From Candidatus Dojkabacteria bacterium (lineage in GTDB: Bacteria > Patescibacteriota > Dojkabacteria > SC72), in contig JBMNHB010000001.1 in the NCBI GenBank assembly GCA_050950145.1, forward strand, positions 300,458 through 364,457: a DNA stretch of 64,000 nt, in the 5' to 3' direction. Below the pieces are notes generated by a model that was not told the DNA's origin, did no database searches, and saw nothing but the letters and a program-made list of their open reading frames with translations. A program made the translations under genes and the position numbers. Shown here piece after piece: positions 1 through 9,231 of the stretch (position 1 is the stretch's first letter; every line of letters starts with the position of its first letter).

Positions 1-1404
1 CCATGGATTGATGAGATTGAGATTAAGTGTCCAAAGTGTGGTGAGAATGTAAAGAGGATTACTGATGTGGGAGATTGTTGGCTTGATGCAGGAGTAGTAC
101 CTTTCTCTACACTTGCATATCTTGATGACAAAAAATATTGGGAGAAGTGGTTCCCAGCAGAATTAGTAATTGAGATGATAGAGCAGATTAGGTTGTGGTT
201 CTACTCAATGCTTGTATTTGGTGTTGTTTTTGAAAAGAAAGCACCATACAAAGAAGTTATGTGTTTTGCAGAGGTCAGAGATGAGAAGAATGAGAGAATG
301 AGTAAGACTAAACCTAACTATGTAAAGTTTGATGATGCTGCAGACAAGATGGGTTCTGACATTCTCAGATGGAACTATTCAACAGCATCCATCGGTTCAA
401 ATATGAGATTTGGATGGGGAACTCTTGAGGATGTAAGGAGAAGATTCTACATTCAGCTTTGGAATTCATACAACTACTTTGTTACATATGCTAAGTTACA
501 TGATTGGGATTGGAAGAAGTATGATGTAAAGAAACTAACACATTTGATGGATAAATGGATGGTAGCAAAGACAAATGACCTAGTCTTTAAGGTTAACAAA
601 TCTCTAGAAGAGTACAATATGGCTACTGCATCAAGAGATATTGAGGAGTATTGTAAGGATCTCTCTCAATGGTATATCAGAAGGTCAAGAAACAGATTTA
701 AGAATGGAGATAGTGATGCCATAGGTACACTTCATTACATTTTAGTTACTCTTTCTAAACTTCTTGCTCCATTTACACCTTTCATATCTGAGGAGATGTA
801 TCAGAATCTTGTTGTGAATATGGGTTTGGAGAGTGTAGAGTCTGTACATCTAGAGGATTATCCAACGGTTGATGAAAAAGATATAGATACTAAAGTTCTT
901 GAGAATATGCAAAGAGTTAGAGATATTGCATCAAATGGTTTGAAGGTTAGAGAGAATGTTAGATTAAATCTAAGACAACCTCTTGCTAAAGCTTTTGTAA
1001 ATATCAAGGATGATGAGTTAAGAGAGATTGTTAGAGAGGAGATAAATGTTAAGGAGATATTCTTCTCTGAGAAAGCAGAAAAAGGAGAAGGAATGAATAC
1101 TGAAGGTGAGGGTAGTAACTTTATTACAATTGATTGTAACCTAACAGATGAGTTAAAGAATGAAGCTTTAATTAATGAATTTATGAGAAGGTACAAAGAT
1201 TTAAGAAAGAAGAAAGGTCTTAAGGTTGATGATATGGTTACCCTTTATCTTAAGATAGAGGATAAAGATACTAAAGATGTAATACAAAACTATGTTGATG
1301 AGAACCTTTCAGAGTTCCATGCAAAGAGTGTTGAAATGGATAACATTACAACAGATGAAGAGATAGAAGTTATGGGTGTAAAGATAGGGGTGAGAATTAC
1401 CTAA
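1..1404 (+). CDS. ileS: Isoleucyl-tRNA synthetase, C-terminal part (5'-truncated by window edge)
   Basis: Frame is open from nt 1 (PWIDEIEIKCPKCGEN...). Zn-ribbon CPKCG, 'DCWLDAG' motif and the class I anticodon-binding domain with 'WYIRRSRNRF' are typical of IleS. The ORF-track start at 67 is an internal GTG. Confidence 0.85.
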   Translation, partial: PWIDEIEIKCPKCGENVKRITDVGDCWLDAGVVPFSTLAYLDDKKYWEKWFPAELVIEMIEQIRLWFYSMLVFGVVFEKKAPYKEVMCFAEVRDEKNERMSKTKPNYVKFDDAADKMGSDILRWNYSTASIGSNMRFGWGTLEDVRRRFYIQLWNSYNYFVTYAKLHDWDWKKYDVKKLTHLMDKWMVAKTNDLVFKVNKSLEEYNMATASRDIEEYCKDLSQWYIRRSRNRFKNGDSDAIGTLHYILVTLSKLLAPFTPFISEEMYQNLVVNMGLESVESVHLEDYPTVDEKDIDTKVLENMQRVRDIASNGLKVRENVRLNLRQPLAKAFVNIKDDELREIVREEINVKEIFFSEKAEKGEGMNTEGEGSNFITIDCNLTDELKNEALINEFMRRYKDLRKKKGLKVDDMVTLYLKIEDKDTKDVIQNYVDENLSEFHAKSVEMDNITTDEEIEVMGVKIGVRIT

Positions 1405-1408
1405 GTCA

Positions 1409-1933
1409 TTAATCTTTTATAATATCTACATATATCCCAGTAATTGTACTAAAGTTCTTAGATGCTGTTTTTAATGAAGTACCACTAGATACTGCTAGTT
1501 CACCAACGATGTTTCTAATTGCACCTTCTAACTGTTTCTCAATACTAACAGGAATTAATCTTCCTTCTTTCTCTCTATTTTTCTTAACAAAGTTACAATA
1601 CTGAATTATTTTAATAGAATCATCAATACTAGAACTCTCTTCAAGCTCTTTAAAAGTGTTTAACATAATGTTAAAGTCTTTAACCTTAGGGTCAATAGTA
1701 GAAGACTTTTTGAGTATTGCAATCTTCTTTTTAATATCGTTTGCAGAAAGAACTGGTCTAATGCCTAAGTTCTCAATATTATCTACTGGTGTTGAAATCC
1801 TAAGAAGATTAGTGACTAATTCAAATTCAAAATACTTCTTCTTCTTTCCATCAAACTCAATTTCTTTTTCTCCTCTAATCCAACCAGCACCATGTGATGG
1901 ATAGAAAACCTTTGAACCAATCTTAAAATTCAT
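1409..1933 (-). CDS. carD: CarD/CdnL family RNA-polymerase-binding transcription factor
   Basis: N-terminal 'FKIGSKVFYPSHGAGWI' matches the CarD_CdnL_TRCF RNAP-interaction domain. Size 174 aa. Confidence 0.75.
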   Translation of the reverse strand: MNFKIGSKVFYPSHGAGWIRGEKEIEFDGKKKKYFEFELVTNLLRISTPVDNIENLGIRPVLSANDIKKKIAILKKSSTIDPKVKDFNIMLNTFKELEESSSIDDSIKIIQYCNFVKKNREKEGRLIPVSIEKQLEGAIRNIVGELAVSSGTSLKTASKNFSTITGIYVDIIKD

Positions 1934-1991
1934 ACTAAAATCTTTTTATCTTATCTACTCTATTATACCATAAAAATGCTATACTTATCTC

Positions 1992-3029
1992 ATGAATATT
2001 CTCTTGATTGGTGGAGGTACAGGAAGTACAGTTGTATTAGAAGGTTTAAAAAAGCATAAAGATTTAAATCTATCCGTGATTGTTGGAATGATGGATGATG
2101 GTGGTAGTAATGCTGTTGTACGAGATGAATTTGGTCTTCTTCCTCTTAGCGATATTAGAAAATCTTTAATAGCTTTGTATGATAGTGGGAATAATGAGAT
2201 TTTAAGAAAACTTTTTCTGTATAGATTTGCAACAGGAGAAGGAATAAAAGGGCACACTCTTGGTAATCTTCTAATGATAGCTATGACAGATATATTAGGA
2301 GGAAGTGAGATAGAAGCTATAGAGATGTTTAAGACAATTTTTGGAATAATTGGAGATGTAATACCTGTAACACTAGATAAATCAAGATTAGTAGCAGAAT
2401 ATGATGATGGTGAAATTATAGAAGGAGAACATTTAATTGATGAACCAGAGGTAGATAAGAATATATCCAAAATTTATCTTAAACCATCTGCAAAAGCTAC
2501 AGAGAATGCATTAAAAGCTATTAGAAAAGCAGATTACATAATACTTGGTCCAGGTGATCTATATACTACAACTCTTACAAACTTTGTTGTAAAGGGTATT
2601 AAAGAAGAAATAAAGAAATGTAAAGCAAAAATCATATGTATAGGGAATCTAATGAGTAAAAAGGGTCAAACTAGAAATATGACTCAAAGAGAATACTTAG
2701 ATATTATAGAGAAATATATTGGTAAAAAGGTTGATTACTTTTTAATTAACAATGGGAAAATTCCACAAGGAGCATATAAAAGGTATATAGAGAAAGGTGA
2801 ACATATTATAGAAGATGATATTACAGAGAAGAATTTTAAAGGAAAAATTATTAGAGCAGATTTGGTAGCGTCTGGATTGATAAAGAGAGAGAAAGGTGAT
2901 GAATTAGAGAGAAGTCTTGTTAGACATGATAGCGAGAAGATAAAGAGGGAACTTAGAAAAATATTCTCTTCTTCGCAGACAATTATTGAAAGAGTGCTGG
3001 GTAAATTTTTCTCCTACTACAAGGATTAA
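1992..3029 (+). CDS. YvcK/CofD-like (UPF0052, gluconeogenesis factor family) protein
   Basis: 'LLIGGGTGSTVVLEGL' and 'MMDDGGSNAVVRDEFGLLPLSDIR' motifs are characteristic of the CofD/YvcK family. Confidence 0.75.
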   Translation: MNILLIGGGTGSTVVLEGLKKHKDLNLSVIVGMMDDGGSNAVVRDEFGLLPLSDIRKSLIALYDSGNNEILRKLFLYRFATGEGIKGHTLGNLLMIAMTDILGGSEIEAIEMFKTIFGIIGDVIPVTLDKSRLVAEYDDGEIIEGEHLIDEPEVDKNISKIYLKPSAKATENALKAIRKADYIILGPGDLYTTTLTNFVVKGIKEEIKKCKAKIICIGNLMSKKGQTRNMTQREYLDIIEKYIGKKVDYFLINNGKIPQGAYKRYIEKGEHIIEDDITEKNFKGKIIRADLVASGLIKREKGDELERSLVRHDSEKIKRELRKIFSSSQTIIERVLGKFFSYYKD

Positions 3030-3041
3030 TCTTTGTATACT

Positions 3042-3998
3042 CTAGTCAAATATTACACTAATAGATTTGTTAGTATGTATTCTCTCAATAGCTTGAGCTA
3101 TGAGATCTCCTACTGTGACTACCTTAATTTTTCTTCCAAGTTTTGTCTTGGGATGATAAATAGTGTCGGTTATAATAAATTCTTTAATAGGGGAATCTTT
3201 AATTCGTTCTACCGCATTGTCACTAAGTACTCCATGTGTAGCAGCACCGTAAACTTTTTTTGCACCTCTCTTTACTAAAACCTCAGCAGCCTTACAGATA
3301 GTTCCACCTGTATCTATAATATCGTCTATCATAATTATGTTTTTCCCTTCTATTTCACCAATTACATTCATAACTTCATTCTCATTAGGTCTAGGTCTAA
3401 CCTTCTCTATTATAGCTATTGGTAATTTTAGAAAGTTAGCAAATTTTCTAGCTCTAGCTACTCCACCTAGATCAGGGGATACTACTACAAAGTTTGGATC
3501 AGCTTTTACATACTTTTTAAAATACTCAGCTAACTTCTTTAATGCAGTCAGGTGATCAACAGGGATGTTAAAATAGCCTTGAATCTGTCCTGCATGTAAA
3601 TCCATAGTAACAACTCTGTCAGCCCCAGCAACTGTTATCAAATCAGCAACGAGTTTAGCTGTGATTGGTTCCCTAGGTTTGGTTTTTCTATCTTGTCTAG
3701 CATAACCATAGTATGGAATAACAGCATTTACTCTTCCTACAGAAGCTCTTCTTAAAGCATCTATTATAACAAGCAATTCCATTAAGTTGTCATTTACAGG
3801 AGTACTTGTGGGTTGTATTACAAAGACGTCTGCTCCTCTAGCAGAATCTACAATATTTAGACCAATCTCTCCGTCTTTGAAATGTTTTACTTCTGTAACA
3901 CTTAGTTTGACATCTAAATATTTACAAATACTTTTTGCTAAGGGAATATTTGAATTACCAGTTATAATTCTTAATTTGCCATATCCGACATTTTTCAT
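3042..3998 (-). CDS. prs: Ribose-phosphate pyrophosphokinase (PRPP synthetase)
   Basis: Full-length similarity pattern: 'LRIITGNSN..LA', 'DVFVIQ', PRPP-binding 'IIMIDDIIDTGGT'. Confidence 0.9.
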   Translation of the reverse strand: MKNVGYGKLRIITGNSNIPLAKSICKYLDVKLSVTEVKHFKDGEIGLNIVDSARGADVFVIQPTSTPVNDNLMELLVIIDALRRASVGRVNAVIPYYGYARQDRKTKPREPITAKLVADLITVAGADRVVTMDLHAGQIQGYFNIPVDHLTALKKLAEYFKKYVKADPNFVVVSPDLGGVARARKFANFLKLPIAIIEKVRPRPNENEVMNVIGEIEGKNIIMIDDIIDTGGTICKAAEVLVKRGAKKVYGAATHGVLSDNAVERIKDSPIKEFIITDTIYHPKTKLGRKIKVVTVGDLIAQAIERIHTNKSISVIFD

Positions 3999-4135
3999 GA
4001 TGACACCCTCCTCTTTATTTTATGAAGATCTTTTGACCCCAATAAAAACATTATAATGATAATATCCGATTTCATCAATCGCTTTATAGAATCCTTGTTT
4101 TAAGGAAACTTTTGATGTCAATCTGTTGAGATATT

Positions 4136-4759
4136 TTAGAGAGCAATGACATTCATAACTCCCTGTACTTTACTTGCCCATGCATCAGCATTAGGAGGAC
4201 AGTATGAGTAACTGATAAGTTTTGGAGTGGTTAAACCTTTTGAGTAGTATCTACCAATACTTGCAGAAACAGTCCAAATTCCTTCTGTCCAGTTTGCAAA
4301 TCCCTTTTTACCCCATCCCCACGCATTGTAAGGTCTGAAGTTATTCTTACCACCACCAGATTCAATAATTGAGATAGCAGCAACAATTCTGTAGTCAATA
4401 CCATATTCATCTGCAGCCTTTACAAACTCTTCTGCATATTCTGCAAGTGGAGAATTTCTTTTTTCAAGATATGCTCTAATTTTTGCAACTTTAACTTCAT
4501 CAGGAATATTATTTTGAGGTATTTGAATAAATGCAGTTGGTTCTGTATCTTCAATAATATTCTCTACCTGAGTAGCTGCAGCTGTAGAGGTGATTTCTCC
4601 TGTCATCTCTGCTTTTACAGAGAATACTGGAATCTTATGAGAAAGAGTTTGTAGTATTACGGCGACAAAAAGTAGACCACTTAACATGGTTACTGTTTTT
4701 TTACTTTTTAATATCAATTTATTCATCCTTATATTTATTAAATAATTTAGGCTGAACAT
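4136..4759 (-). CDS. Secreted GH73/glucosaminidase-like (lysozyme-like) putative peptidoglycan hydrolase
   Basis: N-terminal TM/signal. 'DEYGIDYRIVAAISIIESGGGKNNFRPYNAWGWG' resembles the glucosaminidase 'ILESGWG...NLFGIK' core. Paralog of 57763..58515 (shared NAWGW, YCPP, AW motifs). Confidence 0.5.
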   Translation of the reverse strand: MFSLNYLINIRMNKLILKSKKTVTMLSGLLFVAVILQTLSHKIPVFSVKAEMTGEITSTAAATQVENIIEDTEPTAFIQIPQNNIPDEVKVAKIRAYLEKRNSPLAEYAEEFVKAADEYGIDYRIVAAISIIESGGGKNNFRPYNAWGWGKKGFANWTEGIWTVSASIGRYYSKGLTTPKLISYSYCPPNADAWASKVQGVMNVIAL

Positions 4760-4819
4760 ACATATATTATACCACGAAACGACCTATAGTATCAACCAGG
4801 GTGGAAGAGGTCTTATTTT

Positions 4820-6583
4820 ATGGTAATATTGCATATGATCAATATTGATATGACTGCACCAAGGCAGAAACCAAGAGAAACAGTTGTAAGAAGACATACT
4901 GTTTCTAGAAATGGTTCTATGCAGAAGCAGAAAGGTAAAATAAAGGTTTTTAGGTTAATTCTTCTCTCTTTTCTTTTTTCAGCACTGTTTCTATTTTTTG
5001 AAAATAGGGATAATTTTCTTTATGCGGTAAGGTATCTATTTAATATAGGAAGAAGTGCAGTTGTATACGATACATATACAATATCTTTTGAAGATGATGT
5101 CCCTGAGGAATTTAAAAATTTGATGGTAGAAAATTTAAGTAAGGTGGTGTTTAATGAAAAACCTAGGTTTAAGTTTAAAGATGGTAGAAGTGATTTAGTG
5201 ATAGGGATGGAGGAGAAAGAAGGTAGCAAGGTGGTGTTTAGTCAGGACTTTATTCCAGTGGGGCATATGTATTCTCTTACAACAAACTTAACAGATGATG
5301 ATATTAAGAGTAAGAATCTGTACATGATTGATGGTAGATTGAAGGAGCAGATTCAGAGTCAGATTGATGCAGATATCACTGTGTTAGATGGGGGAATTGA
5401 TAGTTTGGTAGCTAAACTAAAAGAGAGTGATGATAATATTGGTTTATTGTCTTTTGATTCTTTGGATTACAGAGTTAAGATAATACCTTTTAATGAAAAG
5501 TATTACTTAGATGATCAGGAAGGCGCTGTTAAGTTTAGATTTTACTCTTCCGTAAAGCCAGAAGATGAATTAATTATCTCAATTATCGGTATCCATATGG
5601 GTTTTGGTGGTAGTGGTGTTATGCAAAAAAGTTTGTTGACAAAATTGAATATGGGAGGTGTTGTTGCTATTGCAAGGAATTTAGCATTTAAGATGGAAGC
5701 TGCAAAAGAAAATGATTATGCTGCTAAGTATATAGGGGATTTTTTGGCAGATGCTGATCTTACACATGTATCTAATGAGGTTTCTTTTGTACCTGGTTGT
5801 ACTCCAACAAGAAGTATGGCTTTTTGTTCTAATCCTAAATATATTGAGACTTTAAAGAAGAGTGGTGTGGATATTGTTGAGTTAACAGGTAATCATAATA
5901 ATGACTATGGAGCTAAGTATAGTGCGAGTACAATAGAGACATATAAAGAATTGGGTTGGGATTATTTTGGTGGTGGACTTGATTTAGAAGATGCAAGAAA
6001 GATTTTGTATAAGGAGGTAAATGGTACTAAGATAGCATTTCTTGGCTATAACTATTACGATAGTATATTAAATAATCCAGGGCCATTAGCTGGAACTAAT
6101 AAATCTGGAGCGAATCCTTACAGTGAGGAGAAACTTAAGAGGGATATAGAAGAGGCTAAGAAGAATGCAGATGTTGTAATTACAAGTTTTCAATTTCAAG
6201 AGTGTTACTGTTATCCTGATGGTGATGTTATTTTTCCTCCTTGTTATAAACCTGTTGCTGTTCCTGATCAAAGAGGTACATTTAAGAAAGCTATTGATCT
6301 AGGAGCAGATATTGTAGTAGGTACTCAGGCGCATCAACCTCAGACATATGAGTTGTATAAAGATGGGGTTATATTCTATGGTTTAGGCAATCTCTTCTTT
6401 GATCAATATATTTGGATAGGAACCAGACAGGGTCTTGTGCTTACACATTATTTCTATGAAGGTAAGTATATTCAAACGAAAGTAGTTCCCATATATATGG
6501 ATAAGGATTTTAGAGTAAGGCTTGCAACTAAAGAACAGGGTGATTTACTATTGAAATTATTAAAGGATGCTAGAGATAAGTAA
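4820..6583 (+). CDS. CapA/PgsA-family metallophosphatase-like capsule (poly-gamma-glutamate) biosynthesis protein with long N-terminal membrane-anchored extension
   Basis: The C-terminal 300 aa carry the PGA_cap pattern ('GNHNNDYG', 'DVVITSFQFQE', 'GADIVVGTQAHQPQ', 'GLGNLFFDQ'). The N-terminal ~290 aa are unassigned and contain a TM helix. Confidence 0.65.
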   Translation: MVILHMINIDMTAPRQKPRETVVRRHTVSRNGSMQKQKGKIKVFRLILLSFLFSALFLFFENRDNFLYAVRYLFNIGRSAVVYDTYTISFEDDVPEEFKNLMVENLSKVVFNEKPRFKFKDGRSDLVIGMEEKEGSKVVFSQDFIPVGHMYSLTTNLTDDDIKSKNLYMIDGRLKEQIQSQIDADITVLDGGIDSLVAKLKESDDNIGLLSFDSLDYRVKIIPFNEKYYLDDQEGAVKFRFYSSVKPEDELIISIIGIHMGFGGSGVMQKSLLTKLNMGGVVAIARNLAFKMEAAKENDYAAKYIGDFLADADLTHVSNEVSFVPGCTPTRSMAFCSNPKYIETLKKSGVDIVELTGNHNNDYGAKYSASTIETYKELGWDYFGGGLDLEDARKILYKEVNGTKIAFLGYNYYDSILNNPGPLAGTNKSGANPYSEEKLKRDIEEAKKNADVVITSFQFQECYCYPDGDVIFPPCYKPVAVPDQRGTFKKAIDLGADIVVGTQAHQPQTYELYKDGVIFYGLGNLFFDQYIWIGTRQGLVLTHYFYEGKYIQTKVVPIYMDKDFRVRLATKEQGDLLLKLLKDARDK

Positions 6584-6584
6584 G

Positions 6585-9194
6585 TTATTGTAGTACTTTT
6601 ATAAATACTCCACTTTGATTTCCGATTTTTAACTCTTCTCCATATATTTCATTTTTATCATTCTTTATTGTATATTCAAAAAGACTTTTACTATCTTGCC
6701 ACTGTCCTATCTGTTTTATCTTATTAAACTCTAGATTTTTTAATATTTCATATGATGTATATCCTTTGTTATCAAACAGATAGGAAGGAACTAGATTCCA
6801 TCCTGACAACTTTGATATATCCAGACTTGCTCCTCTATAGCCAGTTAAATTAAATTCTGCTTCTTGTAGCGATATAACCATATATGATTTGTTTGAATCT
6901 AGTTTAAAATCATTGCCATATATCTTTCCATCTTGATACTTTACAACTTGAATCCATTCTCCTGATTTGTATTCTCCAACAGCAATAGCTCTTTTATCTG
7001 ACATATTGATTAAATCGTATGCTGTTTTAGGATGTAGTGTCTGAGTAGTATCTAATACTTCTACTGGATTAATGAAGCTAACCCCCTTCTTAAGTTGATA
7101 TTTAGCATTTGTGTTCTTACAATTTGTAATTGGAATATCTTCTCTAAGTACTCCATTACAATCGGATGGCATTTTTACGGAGAGTTTATTATCTTCAAAA
7201 CAACATATTTTTTCTGTTTTTATGATTTTTTTATCTACAGTACATGTATATCCATGTTCAGCTTCTAATCTAGTTTTGTAATTATTTCCTTCTTTATCGT
7301 AGAGACATATACAACCGTTAGGGTCTTCACAGTATCTATCTTTATTAGTCACGACCATTTCATCTCTATTTCCATCAGGAGGGTTAGGATCTGGATTAGG
7401 TGTAGGACTAGGGCTAGGGCTAGGACTAGGCGTAGGTACAAGACTATCTCCACAACATTGATGCTTGTATTCACTAGACTTTTCTCCTGCAACCATTATG
7501 GTTTCATCGTTTAATAAACATGTTTGCCCTTTGTAGATATGGACATTATTTTTGTTATCGTAATAATTGCATGTGCATCCATCATCTGTGTTACATGTCC
7601 CTTCGGGTTTTAGTTTATTTAGTGTTATTGATCCCCTTGGACTTACTTTACATTTTTCACCACATAGTGAAAGTCTTTTGTAATTCTCAGGTTTATTATT
7701 TTCATCTCTTTTTTCAAAACAATCACACCCTCCACGATCAGTACATATCTCTCCTTCTATTATATCAGTATTACCACTTGGATCATCATTACAACCAGTA
7801 CTACTTCCAAGAACATTATTCTTTTCTATGTCATTGTTATCACAATTTTTATATATGGTATTCATCTTTTGATTAGAATGATCACATATATAACTACTAG
7901 ATCTTTCTATCTTAAAAGGAAATTCAATATTATTATAACCACTAGTACCATCAAGTAGTACATGTTTGTAATTTCTAAGAGTTTTTGAATAATACAACAA
8001 ACCAGAAACAAGATCTCTTTTAGAATTACATCCCTTTCCTTTTTTATCTCCTAATACAAACTTTGTAGCCCATTGAATATTTTTAAAGAGTTTGGAATTT
8101 TTATTAAGAGAAAACTCACTATTAATATCCTTATCAGAAATCCAATTCTCTATTCTATTAGGAGTAAAGGTATCTAATGTACAAGTATTAATATACTCTT
8201 CTTTTGCAACATTATTTAATAACCAATCTAATTGTCCTCTAAAATCAAAATAGATATTTGAGTTTTTAATTCCAAAATCTTTTAAGTTTTGTACTCCATC
8301 TTTATCAGCTTTTGCATAATTACTAGCACCTGTTTCCTGAAACCATATTGTTAATGGAAATGCGGGGTCTACACCTTTCTCCAAAGAAGTACAATATACA
8401 TCATCAAAACATTCATTTGCATAATTACCTTTTCTACAATTATTGGTATATATCCCATTTTCAGCTTTATCTACAAATGTTGCTTTGTCTATTGCAGTAT
8501 GATTGTAATTATTCACTTTTATATCAACCATACAGTTAGAACCAGTTTTTTCTCTTGCAGCATATATCTTAGGTGCAAGAATATTATGAATTAATGCAAC
8601 TAACTCTTCTTCTGTAGTAATCTGAGCATATTCTCTTTGTTTATATTCTTCTCCTTGATTATCAAATGCCCATGTTCCATGTTTTGCTGTGTCCAACATA
8701 ATATTATCTCCACTATCCAAAGACATTAAAACTAACTTATCAATATTAGTATCTCCAGTTACTATATTAGGAGTTATTACTTCTTCCTTTATCTCTTTTG
8801 TTTTAAAACTAAATTCTTTTTTCTCTATACCTTTAGCAGAATCAATTTTAAATATATATCTTGTATTTGGTTCTAGATTCTCAATTTTGGTAATGTATAG
8901 ATTAGAGTTAGATATATTATCCTTGTAAAGTAGTACATCATTAAATGCTTGTGTATATGGTCCTGTAAATGTTTCTTTTTTGTATGAAAGTATTTGGAAG
9001 TCTTCTTCCTTTACCTTCCAATATATCTGTGTACTATCAGTAGTAGTATTAGCAACAACAATATCAAATGGTGTTCTTAGAGATTTTTGATAATTAAAAT
9101 CACTTCTTAGTAGAAGTAATGATGCTCCTAGAGAGAGAAACACACCTAAAATAAATAGCATAAGTATGTTTTTCTTTTTGATAGGTTTTTCCAC
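6585..9194 (-). CDS. Large secreted multidomain protein: FN3-like N-domain, lysozyme/GH73-like middle domain, Cys-rich region, Pro/Thr/Ser linker, conserved C-terminal ~240-aa domain
   Basis: Signal/TM at N-terminus. 'PLTIWFQETGASNYA...DFGIKN' resembles the GH73 core. 'TPSPSPSPSPTPNPDPNPP' linker. The C-terminal 240 aa are ~98% identical to the downstream paralog 9232..11382. Confidence 0.6.
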   Translation of the reverse strand: MEKPIKKKNILMLFILGVFLSLGASLLLLRSDFNYQKSLRTPFDIVVANTTTDSTQIYWKVKEEDFQILSYKKETFTGPYTQAFNDVLLYKDNISNSNLYITKIENLEPNTRYIFKIDSAKGIEKKEFSFKTKEIKEEVITPNIVTGDTNIDKLVLMSLDSGDNIMLDTAKHGTWAFDNQGEEYKQREYAQITTEEELVALIHNILAPKIYAAREKTGSNCMVDIKVNNYNHTAIDKATFVDKAENGIYTNNCRKGNYANECFDDVYCTSLEKGVDPAFPLTIWFQETGASNYAKADKDGVQNLKDFGIKNSNIYFDFRGQLDWLLNNVAKEEYINTCTLDTFTPNRIENWISDKDINSEFSLNKNSKLFKNIQWATKFVLGDKKGKGCNSKRDLVSGLLYYSKTLRNYKHVLLDGTSGYNNIEFPFKIERSSSYICDHSNQKMNTIYKNCDNNDIEKNNVLGSSTGCNDDPSGNTDIIEGEICTDRGGCDCFEKRDENNKPENYKRLSLCGEKCKVSPRGSITLNKLKPEGTCNTDDGCTCNYYDNKNNVHIYKGQTCLLNDETIMVAGEKSSEYKHQCCGDSLVPTPSPSPSPSPTPNPDPNPPDGNRDEMVVTNKDRYCEDPNGCICLYDKEGNNYKTRLEAEHGYTCTVDKKIIKTEKICCFEDNKLSVKMPSDCNGVLREDIPITNCKNTNAKYQLKKGVSFINPVEVLDTTQTLHPKTAYDLINMSDKRAIAVGEYKSGEWIQVVKYQDGKIYGNDFKLDSNKSYMVISLQEAEFNLTGYRGASLDISKLSGWNLVPSYLFDNKGYTSYEILKNLEFNKIKQIGQWQDSKSLFEYTIKNDKNEIYGEELKIGNQSGVFIKVLQ
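6601..7316. repeat. Copy 1 of a ~716-bp near-identical direct repeat (3' ends of the two tandem paralogs)
   Basis: Direct base-by-base comparison with 9249..9963 shows only a handful of substitutions and one 1-bp indel. Identity decays gradually 5' of 7316 and 9963. Confidence 0.85.
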
Positions 9195-9231
9195 TATTAC
9201 ATAATATCAAATATATTTCTTGAATAGTAAT

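Noticed and set aside
3033-3278. 81-aa plus-strand ORF at 3033..3278 and 72-aa ORF at 3337..3555
   Set aside because: Both lie antisense within the well-supported prs gene and have low-complexity, non-protein-like composition. Treated as spurious.
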